Positions 1 through 12,444 of a DNA stretch of 64,000 bases are shown piece by piece. Every line of letters begins with the position of its first letter. Positions within the stretch are counted from its first letter, which is position 1. This stretch comes from Octopus sinensis (lineage: Eukaryota): NCBI RefSeq assembly GCF_006345805.1, contig NC_043020.1, positions 13,516,001-13,580,000 on the forward strand. The letters run 5' to 3'. The notes under the pieces were generated by a model. The model had not been told where the DNA came from, did not search any database, and saw only the letters and a list, made by a program, of their open reading frames with translations. A program made the translations under genes and the position numbers.

Positions 1-605
1 CTTTGTAGGCATGTCCACGTGTGTTAGACACATGGAGATCAAAAAGGTGTTCAACACTCATACACATTAAGACATAAACACATGTACACACACACACATG
101 TGTTTGTGCCTCCTAATCTTCCCATCATGTGATAATTGTAAACAAGTGTCTTCATCATACAAGCAGCATCATTCATATTCAATCTTCCGTGGTTCTGAAG
201 AAATATTCATTTCAAATTTTTGCACGAGCTCATTGACCGCAGTCCGGACGCAGTTCATTGCAGCTGCTTTGAAAGGTGACTGCACACTCAGGCGCAGGAT
301 GAGTTGAAAAAAGCAGCAGCAGACCTGCCTATCACTGTCCTTGTCTCCTGCGCTGCCGGCCGAAACCAGCCCCTTTTTTTCTTGACCCGCACCAGCACCC
401 CCTCCTTCCGCAGCAGCCCGGTGTGCGGTAGTCAGATCTCTACCAACTGTAGTTCACCAATATTTTTTGAGAGGCACTTTTTTTTTTTTAGTTCCAATAC
501 AATATATTAATTGTACAAATAATTAGATCTTCTTAACCCTTTAGCTAGCAAAATCTGAGTTGTACCTGTATTTGAAGTAAATGTTTTTGATATTGTTTAA
601 TTAGG

Positions 606-862
606 TGGAGGCGCATGGCTTAGTGGTTAGGGTGTCAGCATCATGATCATAAGATTGCAGTTTCGATTCCTGGACCGGGCGACGCGTTGTGTTCTTAAGC
701 AAAACACTTCATTTCACGTAGCTCCAGTCCACTCAGCTGGCAAAAATGAGTAACACTGCACTAGACTGGCGTCCCATCCAGCTGGGGAACGCATACGCCA
801 CTGAAACCGGGAAACTGAGCCCATGAGCCTGGCTAGGCTTTAAAAGGGCGCATTTTTCCTTT
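606..862 (+). mobile_element. tRNA-headed SINE, family D (CORE-like)
   Basis: A-box (TGGCTTAGTGG) and B-box-like (TTCGATTCC) head, then TGTGTTCTTAAGCAAAACACTTCATTTCAC; 15-bp TSD TATTGTTTAATTAGG at 591-605 and 863-877. Confidence 0.85.
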
Positions 863-1149
863 TATTGTTTAATTAGGGATCAGTTCACTGAGGTTACTCC
901 TGGGCCCTTACACACACAGACCAGTCCAGTGATCTCTACCAACTGCAGTTCGCCAATATTTTTTTGAGAGGCACTTTTTTTTTAATTCCAATACAATGTA
1001 TTAATTGTACAAATAATTAGACACAGCTTTACATCTGTAACATAACCATAAAACAGTGAAGGAACAGAACTAATTAAAATGTAATTAATAGCTTTTGTTA
1101 TAAAACAGAATGGGATTGCAAAGTAAGTTGCACCGTTTCTTAAAACGTC

Positions 1150-1310
1150 TCTCTCTCATCACCCCCTCTCTCCTTCCCTCTCTCTCATCACCCCTCTCTC
1201 CTTCCCTCTCTCTCATCACCCCCTTCTCTCCTTCCCTCTCTCTCATCACCCTTCCCTCTCATCACCTCTCTCTCTCTCTCTCCCTCTTTCATCACCCCTC
1301 CCTCTCTCTC
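1150..1310. repeat. CT-rich low-complexity/minisatellite tract
   Basis: Repeated CTCTCTCTCATCACCCC-type units. Confidence 0.85.
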
Positions 1311-1379
1311 AAACATGCACATAAGACATTCTTTGCCAATTTTTATGTATCATCATCATCTACAACCATTTTCCATGCA

Positions 1380-1393
1380 TGTGTGTGTGTGTG

Positions 1394-1437
<44 letters not shown>

Positions 1438-1565
1438 ACACATATATATATATATATATATACACATATATATACATATATAAATATATATACATATATA
1501 TATATACATATATACATATATATATATATACATATATATATATACACACATATATATACATATAT

Positions 1566-1597
<32 letters not shown>

Positions 1598-1970
1598 ATA
1601 TACACATATATATATATATATACACCATATATATATATATATACACATATATATATATATATACACATATATATATATATATACAAATATATTATATATA
1701 TATATATATACACATATATATATATAACATATATATATATGTATATATATACACATATATATATATGTATATATATACACATATATATATGTATATATAT
1801 ACACATATATATATGTATATATATACACATATATATATGTATATATATACACATATATATATATGTATATATATACACATATATATATATGTATATATAT
1901 ATACACATATATATATATGTATATATATACACATATATATATGTATATGTACATACACACATATATAACA
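1380..1970. repeat. Complex (TA)n/(TACA)/(TATG) microsatellite
   Basis: About 590 bp almost entirely TA with interspersed CA/TG; source of the spurious Y/I ORFs. Confidence 0.95.
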
Positions 1971-2571
1971 TAATTAGAAAGTAGTGATATAATCAAAGAG
2001 CCCCCCCACCCTTACTCCTTCCGCCGTTCTTGCATCTCGTTAATTCCGTTACTTCTATGAGTGACATGTTTCTCTGGCTACCATTGCATACGGTGCTGAC
2101 ATTTTAATACACACACATGCACACACACACTCATACAAGTGCACACGTATGCAACATGGTGTGCATACGCATATGTAAGATAATCAGTACAAAGAATCAA
2201 ACATATCAACATTAGTGTATTCATAATAATAATAATAATAATAATAATAGTAGTAATGGTAGTAATAGAGCCAATTTCTAATTATTTTGTTTTGCTTAAT
2301 GAAATACCTTGTGCTATGTTATCATTATCGTCATCTACAATCTAATGTAATGTTTTCTGCAGACTTTTTCCTTGATATTTGTTTTTTATTTCCTGTGCCT
2401 TTCTTCTATACCTTTTTGTTTTTATCTTTCCTGCTCTATTCCGGTCATTTTTAAACCTCTTCAGCCTCTCCTACTCATTTTTAATAATTTTCAACAGCTT
2501 GTCTTCCGTAGTATTTTTCAGCACCTCCCCTCACAATCAAGAGAGATTTTCCAGTAGTTATCGTACGGTTA

Positions 2572-2945
2572 AGGCAGCGCACACTGGGCAAAATACTTGG
2601 CAGCATTTTGTCTGTCTTTATGTTCTAAGTTCAAATTCCACTGAGGTCGACTTTGCCTTTCATCCTTTCAGAGTGATAAAATAAGTACCCGTTGAACTCT
2701 GGAGTTGTAATCGATTTATTGCCTCCCCCAAAATTGCTGGCCTTGTGCCAAAATTCAAAACCAGTATTTAAAGACACTAAGGCAGGGAGCTAGCGGTATC
2801 ATTAGCACACTGGACAAAGTGCTTAGCAGCATTTCATCTGTCTTTACGTTTAGAGTTCAAATTCCACCAAGGTTAATTTTTCCTTTCATCATTTCAGGGC
2901 CAATCAAAATAACACTAAGGTTTTTTTGACTTAGTCTTTCCCCCA
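2572..2945 (+). mobile_element. Diverged SINE family B, two adjacent copies
   Basis: TTCAAATTCCAC..AGGT..ACTTTGCCTTTCATCCTTTC motif twice. Confidence 0.7.
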
Positions 2946-2951
2946 AAACTG

Positions 2952-2987
<36 letters not shown>

Positions 2988-3069
2988 TTCATCACCTTCC
3001 TCAATAGCTACCATACGGTTTCGCTCCTTATTAGTTAATCATCAGTCCTTTACATTGATTTCAGATTGT

Positions 3070-3300
3070 TTAACCTTTTCATTACTAACCCGGCTGAAAC
3101 CGGTTCTGGCTCTGTAATGCAAATGTCTTGTTTTCATAAGTTTTGAATTAAAAACTTCTATCAAAACCTTGGTCACCATTTATGTTCCTAACACTAGCTG
3201 AATGATAACTAAGTTATTTTACTAAATTCTTTTGTTATATTTAAAATAGTTGAAAGAAACTCAGAGCATCTCAAAATAAATACAGTAACGAAAGGGTTAA
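3070..3300. mobile_element. piggyBac-like MITE
   Basis: TTAA at both ends; terminal inverted repeats TTAACC(T/C)TTTC(A/G)TTACT / AGTAACGAAAGGGTTAA. Confidence 0.7.
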
Positions 3301-3302
3301 AC

Positions 3303-3660
3303 CAGACTTTTCGGTTTTTTACCTGTTATATCAATCATTATTATTTGCTCTTTTCGATCATTCCATTCTTTTAATATTTCCATTTATTTTTCATTATTCT
3401 TTATATATTAAGCATTTGCCAGGCTTTTCAGTCCTTTACTTGTTTTATCATTCATTAGTCATTATTATTCACTCTCTTCAATCATTCCACCCTTTTAATA
3501 TTTCTATATAGTATTCATTATTTTCTCTGTACTAAGTGCTTAACAGATTTTTCAGTCCTTTACCTATTATATCATTCATTAATCATTATCACTGACTTCC
3601 TTCAGTCATTCCACTATTCTAATATTTCCATATAATATCCATTATTTTCTCCGTATTAAT
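3303..3660. repeat. Old degenerate ~120-bp tandem repeat, ~3 copies
   Basis: TTTTCAGTCCTTTAC...ATCATT...TCATTCCA...TAATATTTC recurring near 3303, 3421 and 3545. Confidence 0.65.
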
Positions 3661-3890
3661 CCTTTAGCATTCAGATTATTCCATCAACCGTAATCCTTAT
3701 TTATTCATATTGCATTGAATTAATCCTGCATTATCTCATAGCTTCAAGATTTCGATGATATGATTGTTTATTTTTAGCATGACATTGCAGGGTAGGCATA
3801 AGATGTTGGATCTGGCTAGTTTGAACATAAAAGGGGTGCAACGCAGTGGGACTAAACCCAGAACCATGTAGTTTGAAAGCAAGCTTCTTA

Positions 3891-4460
3891 TTCCTTTATT
3901 GCCCACAAGGGGCTAAACATAGAGGAGACAAACAAGGATAGACAAAGGGATTAAGTCGATTACATTGACCCCAGTGCACAACTGGTACTTAATTTATCGA
4001 CCCCGAAAGGATGAAAGGCAAAGTTGAACACGGAACGTAACAGTAGATGAAATACCTATTTCTTTACTACCCACAAGGGGCTAAACACAGAGAGGACAAA
4101 CAAGGAGAGACAAACGGATTAAGGCGATTATATTGACCGCAGTGTGTAACTGGTACTTATTTAATCGACCCCAAAAGGATGAAAGGCAAAGTCGACCTCG
4201 GTGGAATTTGAACTCAGAACGTAACGGTAGACGAAATGCCTGTTTCTTTACTACCCACAAGGGGCTAAACACAGAGAGGACAAACAAGGACAGACAAATG
4301 GATTAAGTCGATTATATCGACCCCAGTACGTTACTGGTACTTATTTAATCAACCCCCAAAAGGATGAAATGCAAAGTCGACCTCGGCGGAATTTCAACTC
4401 AGAACATAACGGCAGACGAAATACAGCCAAGCATTTTGCCTGGCGTGCTAACGTTTCTCC
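3891..4460 (-). mobile_element. SINE family B multimer (~3 bodies)
   Basis: Repeated TTCTTTA(C/T)T(A/G)CCCACAAGGGGCTAAAC...GGATGAAAGGCAAAG blocks ending in the head at ~4460. Confidence 0.85.
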
Positions 4461-4880
4461 CACACAGCCACCACACCTGTGCCTATACATAGACATTTTT
4501 TTTTCCTTAAAGCTAGAATTTCACACATTCTGTTATTTAGCCACCTTCATAGAATCTAAATATATTCTTCATCATGGTTTTAGGTGCTTCAAATATTTCT
4601 ATAACACATTGGTTTGAAGTCAGCTCTTTGCTTTTGATTCATGTATGGGGTTTTTTCTTGTTTTATTTGTTGTTTGTTTCTTTCCTTTTTGTTTTTTTTT
4701 TCTTTAACAAACCCCTAGATAAATTTCACAACAACTCCTTTCCTTTATATAAAGCAGGAATCCATACAGTGTACATTGCTATGAGGTGTGTATGCGTGTT
4801 TCTTTTGTTGGTTCTTAATTCAATTTTTAAGCCTGATCGATATTTAGCAGCAACTATAAAAAGTTTTATTGGATATCAGA

Positions 4881-5290
4881 TAGGCGCAGGAGTGGCTGTG
4901 TGGTAAGTAGCTTGTTTACCGACCACATGGTTCCGGGTTCAGTCCCACTGTGTGGCACCTTGGGCAAGTGTCTTCTACTATAGCCTCGGACCGACCAAAG
5001 CCTTGTGAGTGGATTTGGTAAACGGAAACTGAAAGAAGCCTGTCGTATATATGTATATATATGTATGTGTGTGTATATGTTTGTGTGTCTGTGTTTGTCC
5101 CCCGAGCATTGCTTGACAACTGATGCTGGTGTGTTTATGTCCCCGTTACTTAGCGGTTCAGCAAAAGAGACCGATAGAATAAGTACTGGGCTTACAAAAG
5201 AATAAGTCCCGGGGTCGAGTTGCTCGATTAAAGGCGGTGCTCCAGCATGGCCGCAGTCAAATGACTGAAACAAGTAAAAGAGTAAAGAGT
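4881..5290 (+). mobile_element. SINE family A, full length
   Basis: TAGGCGCAGGAGTGGCTGTGTGG head, GGGTTCAGTCCC B-box, CORE-like CACCTTGGGCAAGTGTCTT, internal (TA/TG)n, AAAAGAGT tail. Confidence 0.9.
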
Positions 5291-5296
5291 TAATAT

Positions 5297-5570
5297 TCCA
5301 TGGCTTAGTGGTTAGGGTGGTCAGCTCATAATCATAAAGCAACATGCTGTGTCCTTAAGCAAGACACTTTACTTCACATTGCTCCAGTCCGCTCACCTGG
5401 CAAAAATGATTTGTACCTGTAATTCAAAGGGCCGGCCTTGTTGCATTCTGTGTCATGCTGAATCTCCCTGAGAACCACGTTAAGGGTACATGTGACTATG
5501 GAGTACTCAACCACCTGAACATTAATTCCATGAGCTGTTCCGTTGATCAATTCTACTGGAACCCTCATCA
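5297..5570 (+). mobile_element. Diverged family D/C-type SINE
   Basis: CATGGCTTAGTGGTTAGG head, CTTAAGCAAGACACTTTA, AAGGGCCGGCCTTG...AAGGGTACATGTG body. Confidence 0.65.
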
Positions 5571-5912
5571 TAGCCCATGGTGTACCAATTTAATGTGTGT
5601 GCCTTGTGTGATGAGCACAAGGCCTGAAATTTCAGGGAGAAGGGGATAAGTTGATTGCATTGACCCCAGTACTCAACTGGTACTTATTTTATCAACCTCG
5701 AAAGGATGAAAGCTAAAGTCAACTTCAGCAGAACTTGAACTCAGAACTCAGAACATAAAGACAGGCGAAATGTTGCTAAGCATTTTTCTCAGCATATTAA
5801 CAATTCTGCCAGCTTGCCACCATCACATGTAAAAATGATAACTACTGAGTAACACTCTTCATCTTCATCATCATCATCATCATCATCATCATTATTATCG
5901 CCATTTGATGTG

Positions 5913-6310
5913 TACTCTTTTACTCTTTTACTTGTTTCATTCATTTGACTGCAGCCATTCTGGAGCAACGCCTTTAGTCGAGCAAATCGACCCCGGGACT
6001 TATTCTTTGTAAGCCCAGTATTTATTCTATCGGTCTCTTTTGCCGAACCGCTAAGTGACAGGGACGTAAACACACCAGCATCGGTTGTCAAGCAATGTTA
6101 GGGGGACAAACACAGACACACAAATACATATATATATATACATATATACGACAGGATTCTTTCAGTTTCTGTCTACCAAATCCACTCACAAGGCATTGGT
6201 CGGCCCGAGTCAATAGCAGAAGACACTTGCCCGATGTGCCACGCAGTGGGACTGAACCCGGAACCATGTGGTTGGTAAGCAAGCTACTTACCACACAGCC
6301 ACTCCTGCGC
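5913..6310 (-). mobile_element. SINE family A, full length
   Basis: Reverse complement of the 4881-5290 element. Confidence 0.9.
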
Positions 6311-6392
6311 ATGTTAATAATTTTGATAAAAATGATGACTACTGAGTAACACTCTTCATCCTCATCATCATCATCATCGCCATTTGATGTGT

Positions 6393-6615
6393 ACTCTTTT
6401 ACTCTTTTACTTGTTTCAGTCATTTGACTGCGGCCATGCTGGAGCACCGCCTTTAGTCGAGCAAATCGACCCCGGGACTTATTCTTTGTAAGCCCAGTAC
6501 TTATTCTATCGGTGTCTTTTGCTGAACCGCTAAGTTACGGGGATGTAAACACACCGGCATCGGTTGTCAAGCAATGCTAGTGGGACAAACACAGACACAC
6601 AAACATACACACAAA

Positions 6616-6661
<46 letters not shown>

Positions 6662-6826
6662 TACGACAGGATTCTTTCAGTTTCCGTCTACCAAATCCAC
6701 TCACAAGGCATTGGTCGGCCCGAGGCTATAGCAGAAGGCACTTGCCCAAGATGCCATGCAGTGGGACTGAACCCGGAACCGTGTGGTTGGTAAGCAAGCT
6801 ACTTACCACACAGCCACTCCTGTGCA
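6393..6826 (-). mobile_element. SINE family A, full length
   Basis: As above; second copy in a tandem arrangement. Confidence 0.9.
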
Positions 6827-7479
6827 TCTTAATAACTCTGCCAGCTTGCCACCTTCACATGTAAAAATGATAACTACTGAGTAACACTCTTCATCTTCTT
6901 CATCATCATCATCATCGCCATTTGATGTGTGTGTGTGTGTGTGTGAAAATATAAATGAAAATGTAATGGTTAAAGAAGATTTAGACATGTTGTAAACAAC
7001 GGGAGTGATACTGCCAGAATATTGAACAAATGGATCTCTAAATATATTCCTCAGCAGGTGGAGTAAATTTTTAAAAGCATTTCCAACAAATGATCGCTTT
7101 AAATGCATTAAAAGTGCTGATGTATTGTTGTATGCTGTGCTCTCACTGTTTAAAGTTGGTCACATTGTTATTGGAGTTTATTGGAGTAACGATAGAAGAT
7201 TCTAGAAGCCAACAACATGAGGATATATATATATATATATTGATAAAAACTGAGGTTTCTTCTGTAACAAAAGTAAAATAATATATTATTGGTTGCGAAA
7301 AACAGATCTGTTGTATGTGTGTGTAGATAGATACATACAGACACACACACACATGTACATGTATGTAAATATGTATATATGAAAGAACATAAGTGGATAC
7401 AGTTCTATACTTAAGAGATAAGGAATTATGTACATTATTTACATTTAATGGATATTTGTCCTCATTTTGTTTGTTGTTA

Positions 7480-7523
7480 ACACAATGTTTCAGCTGATAT
7501 ACCCTCCAGCCTTCATCAGGTGT
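7480..7523 (-). ncRNA. Minimal hammerhead-ribozyme-like motif (Penelope-type)
   Basis: Minus strand ACAC-CTGATGA-A-GGCTG-GAGGGTATAT-CAGCT-GAAAC-AT-T-GTGT. Confidence 0.6.
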
Positions 7524-7842
7524 CTCGGGGAAATTACAAACCTGGGGACATATGGCGTAGTGGTTAAGAGTGCGGGCTACTAACACCAAGATTTCAAGTT
7601 CGATTCCAGGCAGTGACCTGAATAATAATAATAAAAATAATAATAATAATGATAATAATAACAACAATAATGATGATAATAACAACAGCATCAAAAAATA
7701 CCTTAGGAATGAGAACCCAGTCTCTATGACTGGATATGTTTTCATGAAAGATTGGAAATGAAGGGTACTGCTCTATGTTGGTGACACTTCATTACGGCTA
7801 TCACATGATGGCGAGGCAAGGAAACAGTAACAACACACATCA

Positions 7843-8135
7843 TCATCGTCGTTTAATGTCCGTTCTCCATGCTAGCACGGGTTGGACGGTTCAACCAGGG
7901 ATCTGGGAAGCCAGAAGGCTGCACCAGGCTCCAGTCTGATCTGGCAGTGTTTCTACGGCTGGATGCCCTTCCTAACGCCAACCACTCCGTGAGTGTAGTG
8001 GGTGCCTTTTATGTGCCAGGCGAGGCTGGCAACGGCCACAATCGGATTGGTGCATTTTACGTGCCACCGGCATGGAAGCCAGTCAAGGTGGCACAGGCAT
8101 TGGCCACGATTCGGATGGTGTTTTTTACGTGCCAC
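7843..8135 (-). mobile_element. Family E element ((GAT)n-tailed SINE-like)
   Basis: CATCATCGTTTAA.GTCCG..CTCCATGCTAGCA.GGGTTGGACGG...GGATGCCCTTCCTAACGCCAACCACTCC followed by TTTTACGTGCCACC repeats. Confidence 0.85.
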
Positions 8136-8763
8136 CGGCACGATACGCAACAGGCTTCTTTCACAAGACATGGGTTGGCTGGATTTGTAGCAGATTCCAC
8201 ACCATGGGACTGAACCCAAAACCATTTGGTTGCAAAGCCGATGTCTTACCACATAGCCAAACCTACACCTACTCATGTCTGTGCTTAGAGAGAAGTAAGA
8301 AAATTGTCATTAAGTTCATGTGAGTTCAATGGGTTCAGTTCTCACCCTAGACTGCTGAAAAAAAAAAATTCCTCCAGGGGCTGAATTTCACAACAACCTT
8401 AAACATGTGCTTATTTATTTCTTAAAAATTTCAAGACATGTTTTCTTCCTTACCAATAGAACTCCTTTACAGTTGCAGCTTTGGTTGTTGTTGTTGTTGT
8501 TGTTGTTGTTGTGCCTCTTCAGGTTCGCTTCCCTCATCCTTCTATCTCTTGTTATCATCATCATCATCTCTGCTGCTTCCTTTTCGATTGGTTAACTTAG
8601 AAATGTTAACTGATCAGACCTTTACAGCTTGGCACACTTCTCTCTAATGTCAAAACTGGAAATGACATTTGCGTCTGTCCTCACTTGCCACCTGCTGCCT
8701 AATAATCTGTTTGTTTCTGCAACATGAAACATCACTCACACACACACACACACACCCTTTCAG

Positions 8764-8812
<49 letters not shown>

Positions 8813-8813
<1 letters not shown>

Positions 8814-9210
8814 AGGCGGCGAGCTGGCAGAAACGTTAGCATGCCGGGCGAAATGCTTAGCAGTATTTCGGCTGTGTTACGTTGTGAGTTCAAATTCCGC
8901 CGAGGTCGACTTTGCTTTTCATCCTTTCGGGGTCGATAAATTAAGTACCAGTTACGCACTGGGGTCGATATAATCGACTTAATACCTATGGCTGTCCTTG
9001 TTTGTCCCCTCTGTGTTTAGCCCTTTGTGGGTAATAAAGAAATAGGTATTCTATCCATCTTTACGTTCTGAGTTCAAATTCCTCTCAGGTCCACTTTGCC
9101 TTTCGTCCTTTTGGAATCAGTAAATGAAGTACCAGTGAAACGCTAGGGTCAATGTAATCAACTAGTTCCCTGTCCCAAATTTCATGCCTTGCGCCTATAG
9201 CAGAAAAAAT
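8813..9210 (+). mobile_element. SINE family B with second headless body
   Basis: AAGGCGGCGAGCTGGCAGAAACGTTAGC head, GAGTTCAAATTCC B-box, junction AAAGAAATAG|GTATT. Confidence 0.85.
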
Positions 9211-9308
9211 TATTATTATATTATTATTATTATTATTCAGTAGTTTTATTTTTATAGCGTGCTTTCACTTCACTACCGAGCGCAGCTCTGTGTGCCTTGG
9301 GTATGTGC

Positions 9309-9344
<36 letters not shown>

Positions 9345-9556
9345 TGTGTTTGACTTTTGCTTTATATTTGTACAAGTTGGCTCCAAGTCTCACCCAGAGA
9401 CCTCAAGAGACAACAGGTTGGAAGTTCATGTTGTTGTTATGCCAAGTGTGCCATATATTTGGGGTTTTTTTGGTGTTGTACTAGTGAATGTCTAAGAGAA
9501 AAAAAAAAACTGAAAATTATGTTTGTTTTAAACCTTGAGATTACATAGAAAGTATG

Positions 9557-9588
<32 letters not shown>

Positions 9589-10074
9589 GGTGGTGAGCTG
9601 GCAGAATCGTTAGCATGTTGAGTGAAATGCATAGCAGCATTTCATCCATCTTTACATTCTGGAAACTTCCACTGATCTGTCTAACCCATGCCAACATGAA
9701 AACTGGACATAAAATGATGGTGATGTGGTTATGACCACACACACATGTATAATTTTAAATTTCAGTATACAAAAATCCTTCTGACCATGTCCCCCTTTAG
9801 GGTCTCCTCTCCTCTTCCATCTCTTCGTTTTTTACTGTTCCTATTTGTATCTCTTTCCTCCTCCCCCCATTAGTCGAATTCAATAGAAGTGAGAGATAAA
9901 ATAATTGCTCTATGTTTACAGCTGTTTCTTAGTATGTAATCAGTTACACCATCAACACTAAAGCACCCTTCATACATATAGGTATGCATATAGGTATACA
10001 TGTAGAGTTGTATTTTAACATAAGGAATAAGATAACTCATCAAAATATTTTGTGGGCATTATGTGTCTATTCAT

Positions 10075-10385
10075 GGAGGCGCAATGGCCCAGTGGTTAGG
10101 GCAGCAGACTCGCGTTTGTAGGATCATGGTTTCGATTCCCAGACCAGGCGTTGGGAGTGTTTATTGAGCAAAAACGCCTAGAGCTCCACGAGGCTCTGGC
10201 AGGGGGTGGTGGCGATCCCTGCTGTATTCTCTCACCACAACTTTCTCTTACTCTTTCTTCTGTTGGCCTGCTTGCTTAGCCAGCAGGGTGGCGTCACTTG
10301 AAGGCTAAAACAATGCAAAGCGCATTGTGACCAGCGATGTGTGGCAACATCTGATAGCCTGGTCGGTCACGGTGATCACAGTGAT
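10075..10385 (+). mobile_element. SINE family C (tRNA-like head)
   Basis: GGAGGCGCAATGGCCCAGTGGTTAGGGCAG...TTTCGATTCCCAGACC head; same body at 12770-13047 and 58510-58905. Confidence 0.85.
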
Positions 10386-10734
10386 GTGTCTATTCACAGA
10401 AATGGCAGATGCACACACCCATGCTTGCATTTTCAAACTGCAATTTACTAAGCGTAAATATTGTTTAAAAGCAAACATTTTCATCACTTGTTGTTGACAA
10501 TTCTAATTAATGCAATCAGTTTTACAATTCTAATTAACACAATCACTTTAACAGTAATGGTTCTTCTTCCTTTTGTTTTTTTTTTGTTTGTTTTTTTTTT
10601 GTTCTTCTTGAGAAATTCATAATTTTATGTAAGGAAACAAAAAATTTCCACACAACATAATACACAATTGTAAAATATGGGCTGAATAAATTACAGACTG
10701 TGTGTTGTATGATGAATATTGATTGCTGATGGTA

Positions 10735-10765
<31 letters not shown>

Positions 10766-11660
10766 TGGTGGTGATGGTAGTGATGATGATGATTGTGATA
10801 ATGATGATGGAACTAGTGAGATGATAACATTAATGAAAACTAGGGAGATGATTGTGATGATGATGATGATAGTGGAGACGAGGAATTCATTGTGATATTA
10901 TTCATGATGGTGATGGTAAGGATGGTGACAATGGCAGTGATGGTTGTGATGATGATGATGATGATGGTGATGATGATGGCATTAGTTTTTTTTGTAGAAT
11001 TGGTAATGAAGACAGTCACACACACACACACCCTCACAGCCTATTTCTTAATTAACCAATTCACAAATACCAACACTACTCGTGGACTAAAACAAAACAA
11101 CCCCTCTCCTCCCCACTGCCATCTCCACTAAACCCTCTTCCTCTCCTTTTTTTTCCCCCACCCCGAAAAAATAGTAAACAGACTAAAACCTGTAGTTCTC
11201 CAACAAACATTATTGTTTTGATTTCCATAATGAAAACCCAGAGTGTTAAATACACTCTTCACACCTTTCTGTCATATAAAACTCACTGCTTCAAACACCT
11301 TTCCTAGAAAACATCAATATTTCAGTAAAATCAACTGTTTTGTCTGGATATTTATCACCCTGGGACATCAAGTTTGTGTGTGTGTGTTTACATGCACACA
11401 CAGGTTTAGCTGGGTGGTTAAGAAGTGCACTTCGATATGGTGAAGTCTTGCATTTGATGGCTGTGTGGTAAAAAAATTGGCTTCCCAACTGCATGGTTTT
11501 AAGTTCAGCCCCACTGTGTGGCACCTTGAGTAGGTGTCTTCTACTATAGCCCTCAACTGACAAAAGCCTTATGAGTGAATTTGGTTGATGGAAACTGAAA
11601 GATACCCATCATATACACACATACACTCACAGATATGTATGTGCAAAATTGCATTGATTT

Positions 11661-11875
11661 CATCATCATCATCATCATTTAGCGTCCGTTTTCCATGCTA
11701 GCATGGGTTGGACGGTTTAACTGGGGTCTGTGAAGCCGGAAGGCTTCATCAGGCCCAGTCAGATTTGGCAGTGTTTCTACGGCTGGATGCCCTTCCTAAC
11801 ACCAACCACTCCTTGAGTGTAGTGGGTGCTTTTTACGTGCCACCTGCACAGGTGCCAGACAGAGCTGGCAAACGG
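11661..11875 (-). mobile_element. Family E element, 5'-truncated, within a 19-bp TSD
   Basis: (CAT)n tail at left; TSD GTGCAAAATTGCATTGATT at 11641-11659 and 12051-12069. Confidence 0.85.
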
Positions 11876-12444
11876 TATCTTTCAGTTTCCATCAACCAAA
11901 TTCACTCATAAGGCTTTTGTCAGTTGAGGTCTATAGTAGAAGACACCTACTCAAGGTGCCACACAGTGGGGCTGAACTTAAAACCATGCAGTTGGGAAGC
12001 CTATTTTTTAACCACACAGCTATCAAATGCAAGTCTTCACCATATTGAAGGTGCAAAATTGCATTGATTCTTTGGCCAATTACTGATGAAGATTTGGTGA
12101 CCTTCTATGTCTACTTTCCATTTGTTTCTGCATTTATTATGTTTTTAAACTTATTATTTAATGGAATGCCACGTACTTCTTTTATTTTGTTTACGATAAT
12201 CTCATCTCATCTAGGTCGTCCCATAGGGGTTTTTGCCCACTGCACTAAATAGTTTCCCCCACTCCTGCTATAGCAGAAGACACTTGTCCAAGGTGCTCAT
12301 GCAGTGGGACTGAACCTGAAACCATGTGGTTGAGAAGCAAGCTTTCTAACCACCCAGCCATTCTTAGTATCAGATACATGATCAAAGCTATTCCAGACAT
12401 GACGATCTCATTTTTTTTTATCCAGGCATGATATATCTTCTATC

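Noticed and set aside
1110-1996. Long Y/I/H-rich ORFs (also 35605-36362, 46119-46459, 34539-35082)
   Set aside because: Translations of (TA)n microsatellites; some frames lack stops by composition
4881-4960. tRNA genes at SINE heads (families A-D)
   Set aside because: A/B boxes present but no complete cloverleaf or acceptor stem, and each continues into a repeat body
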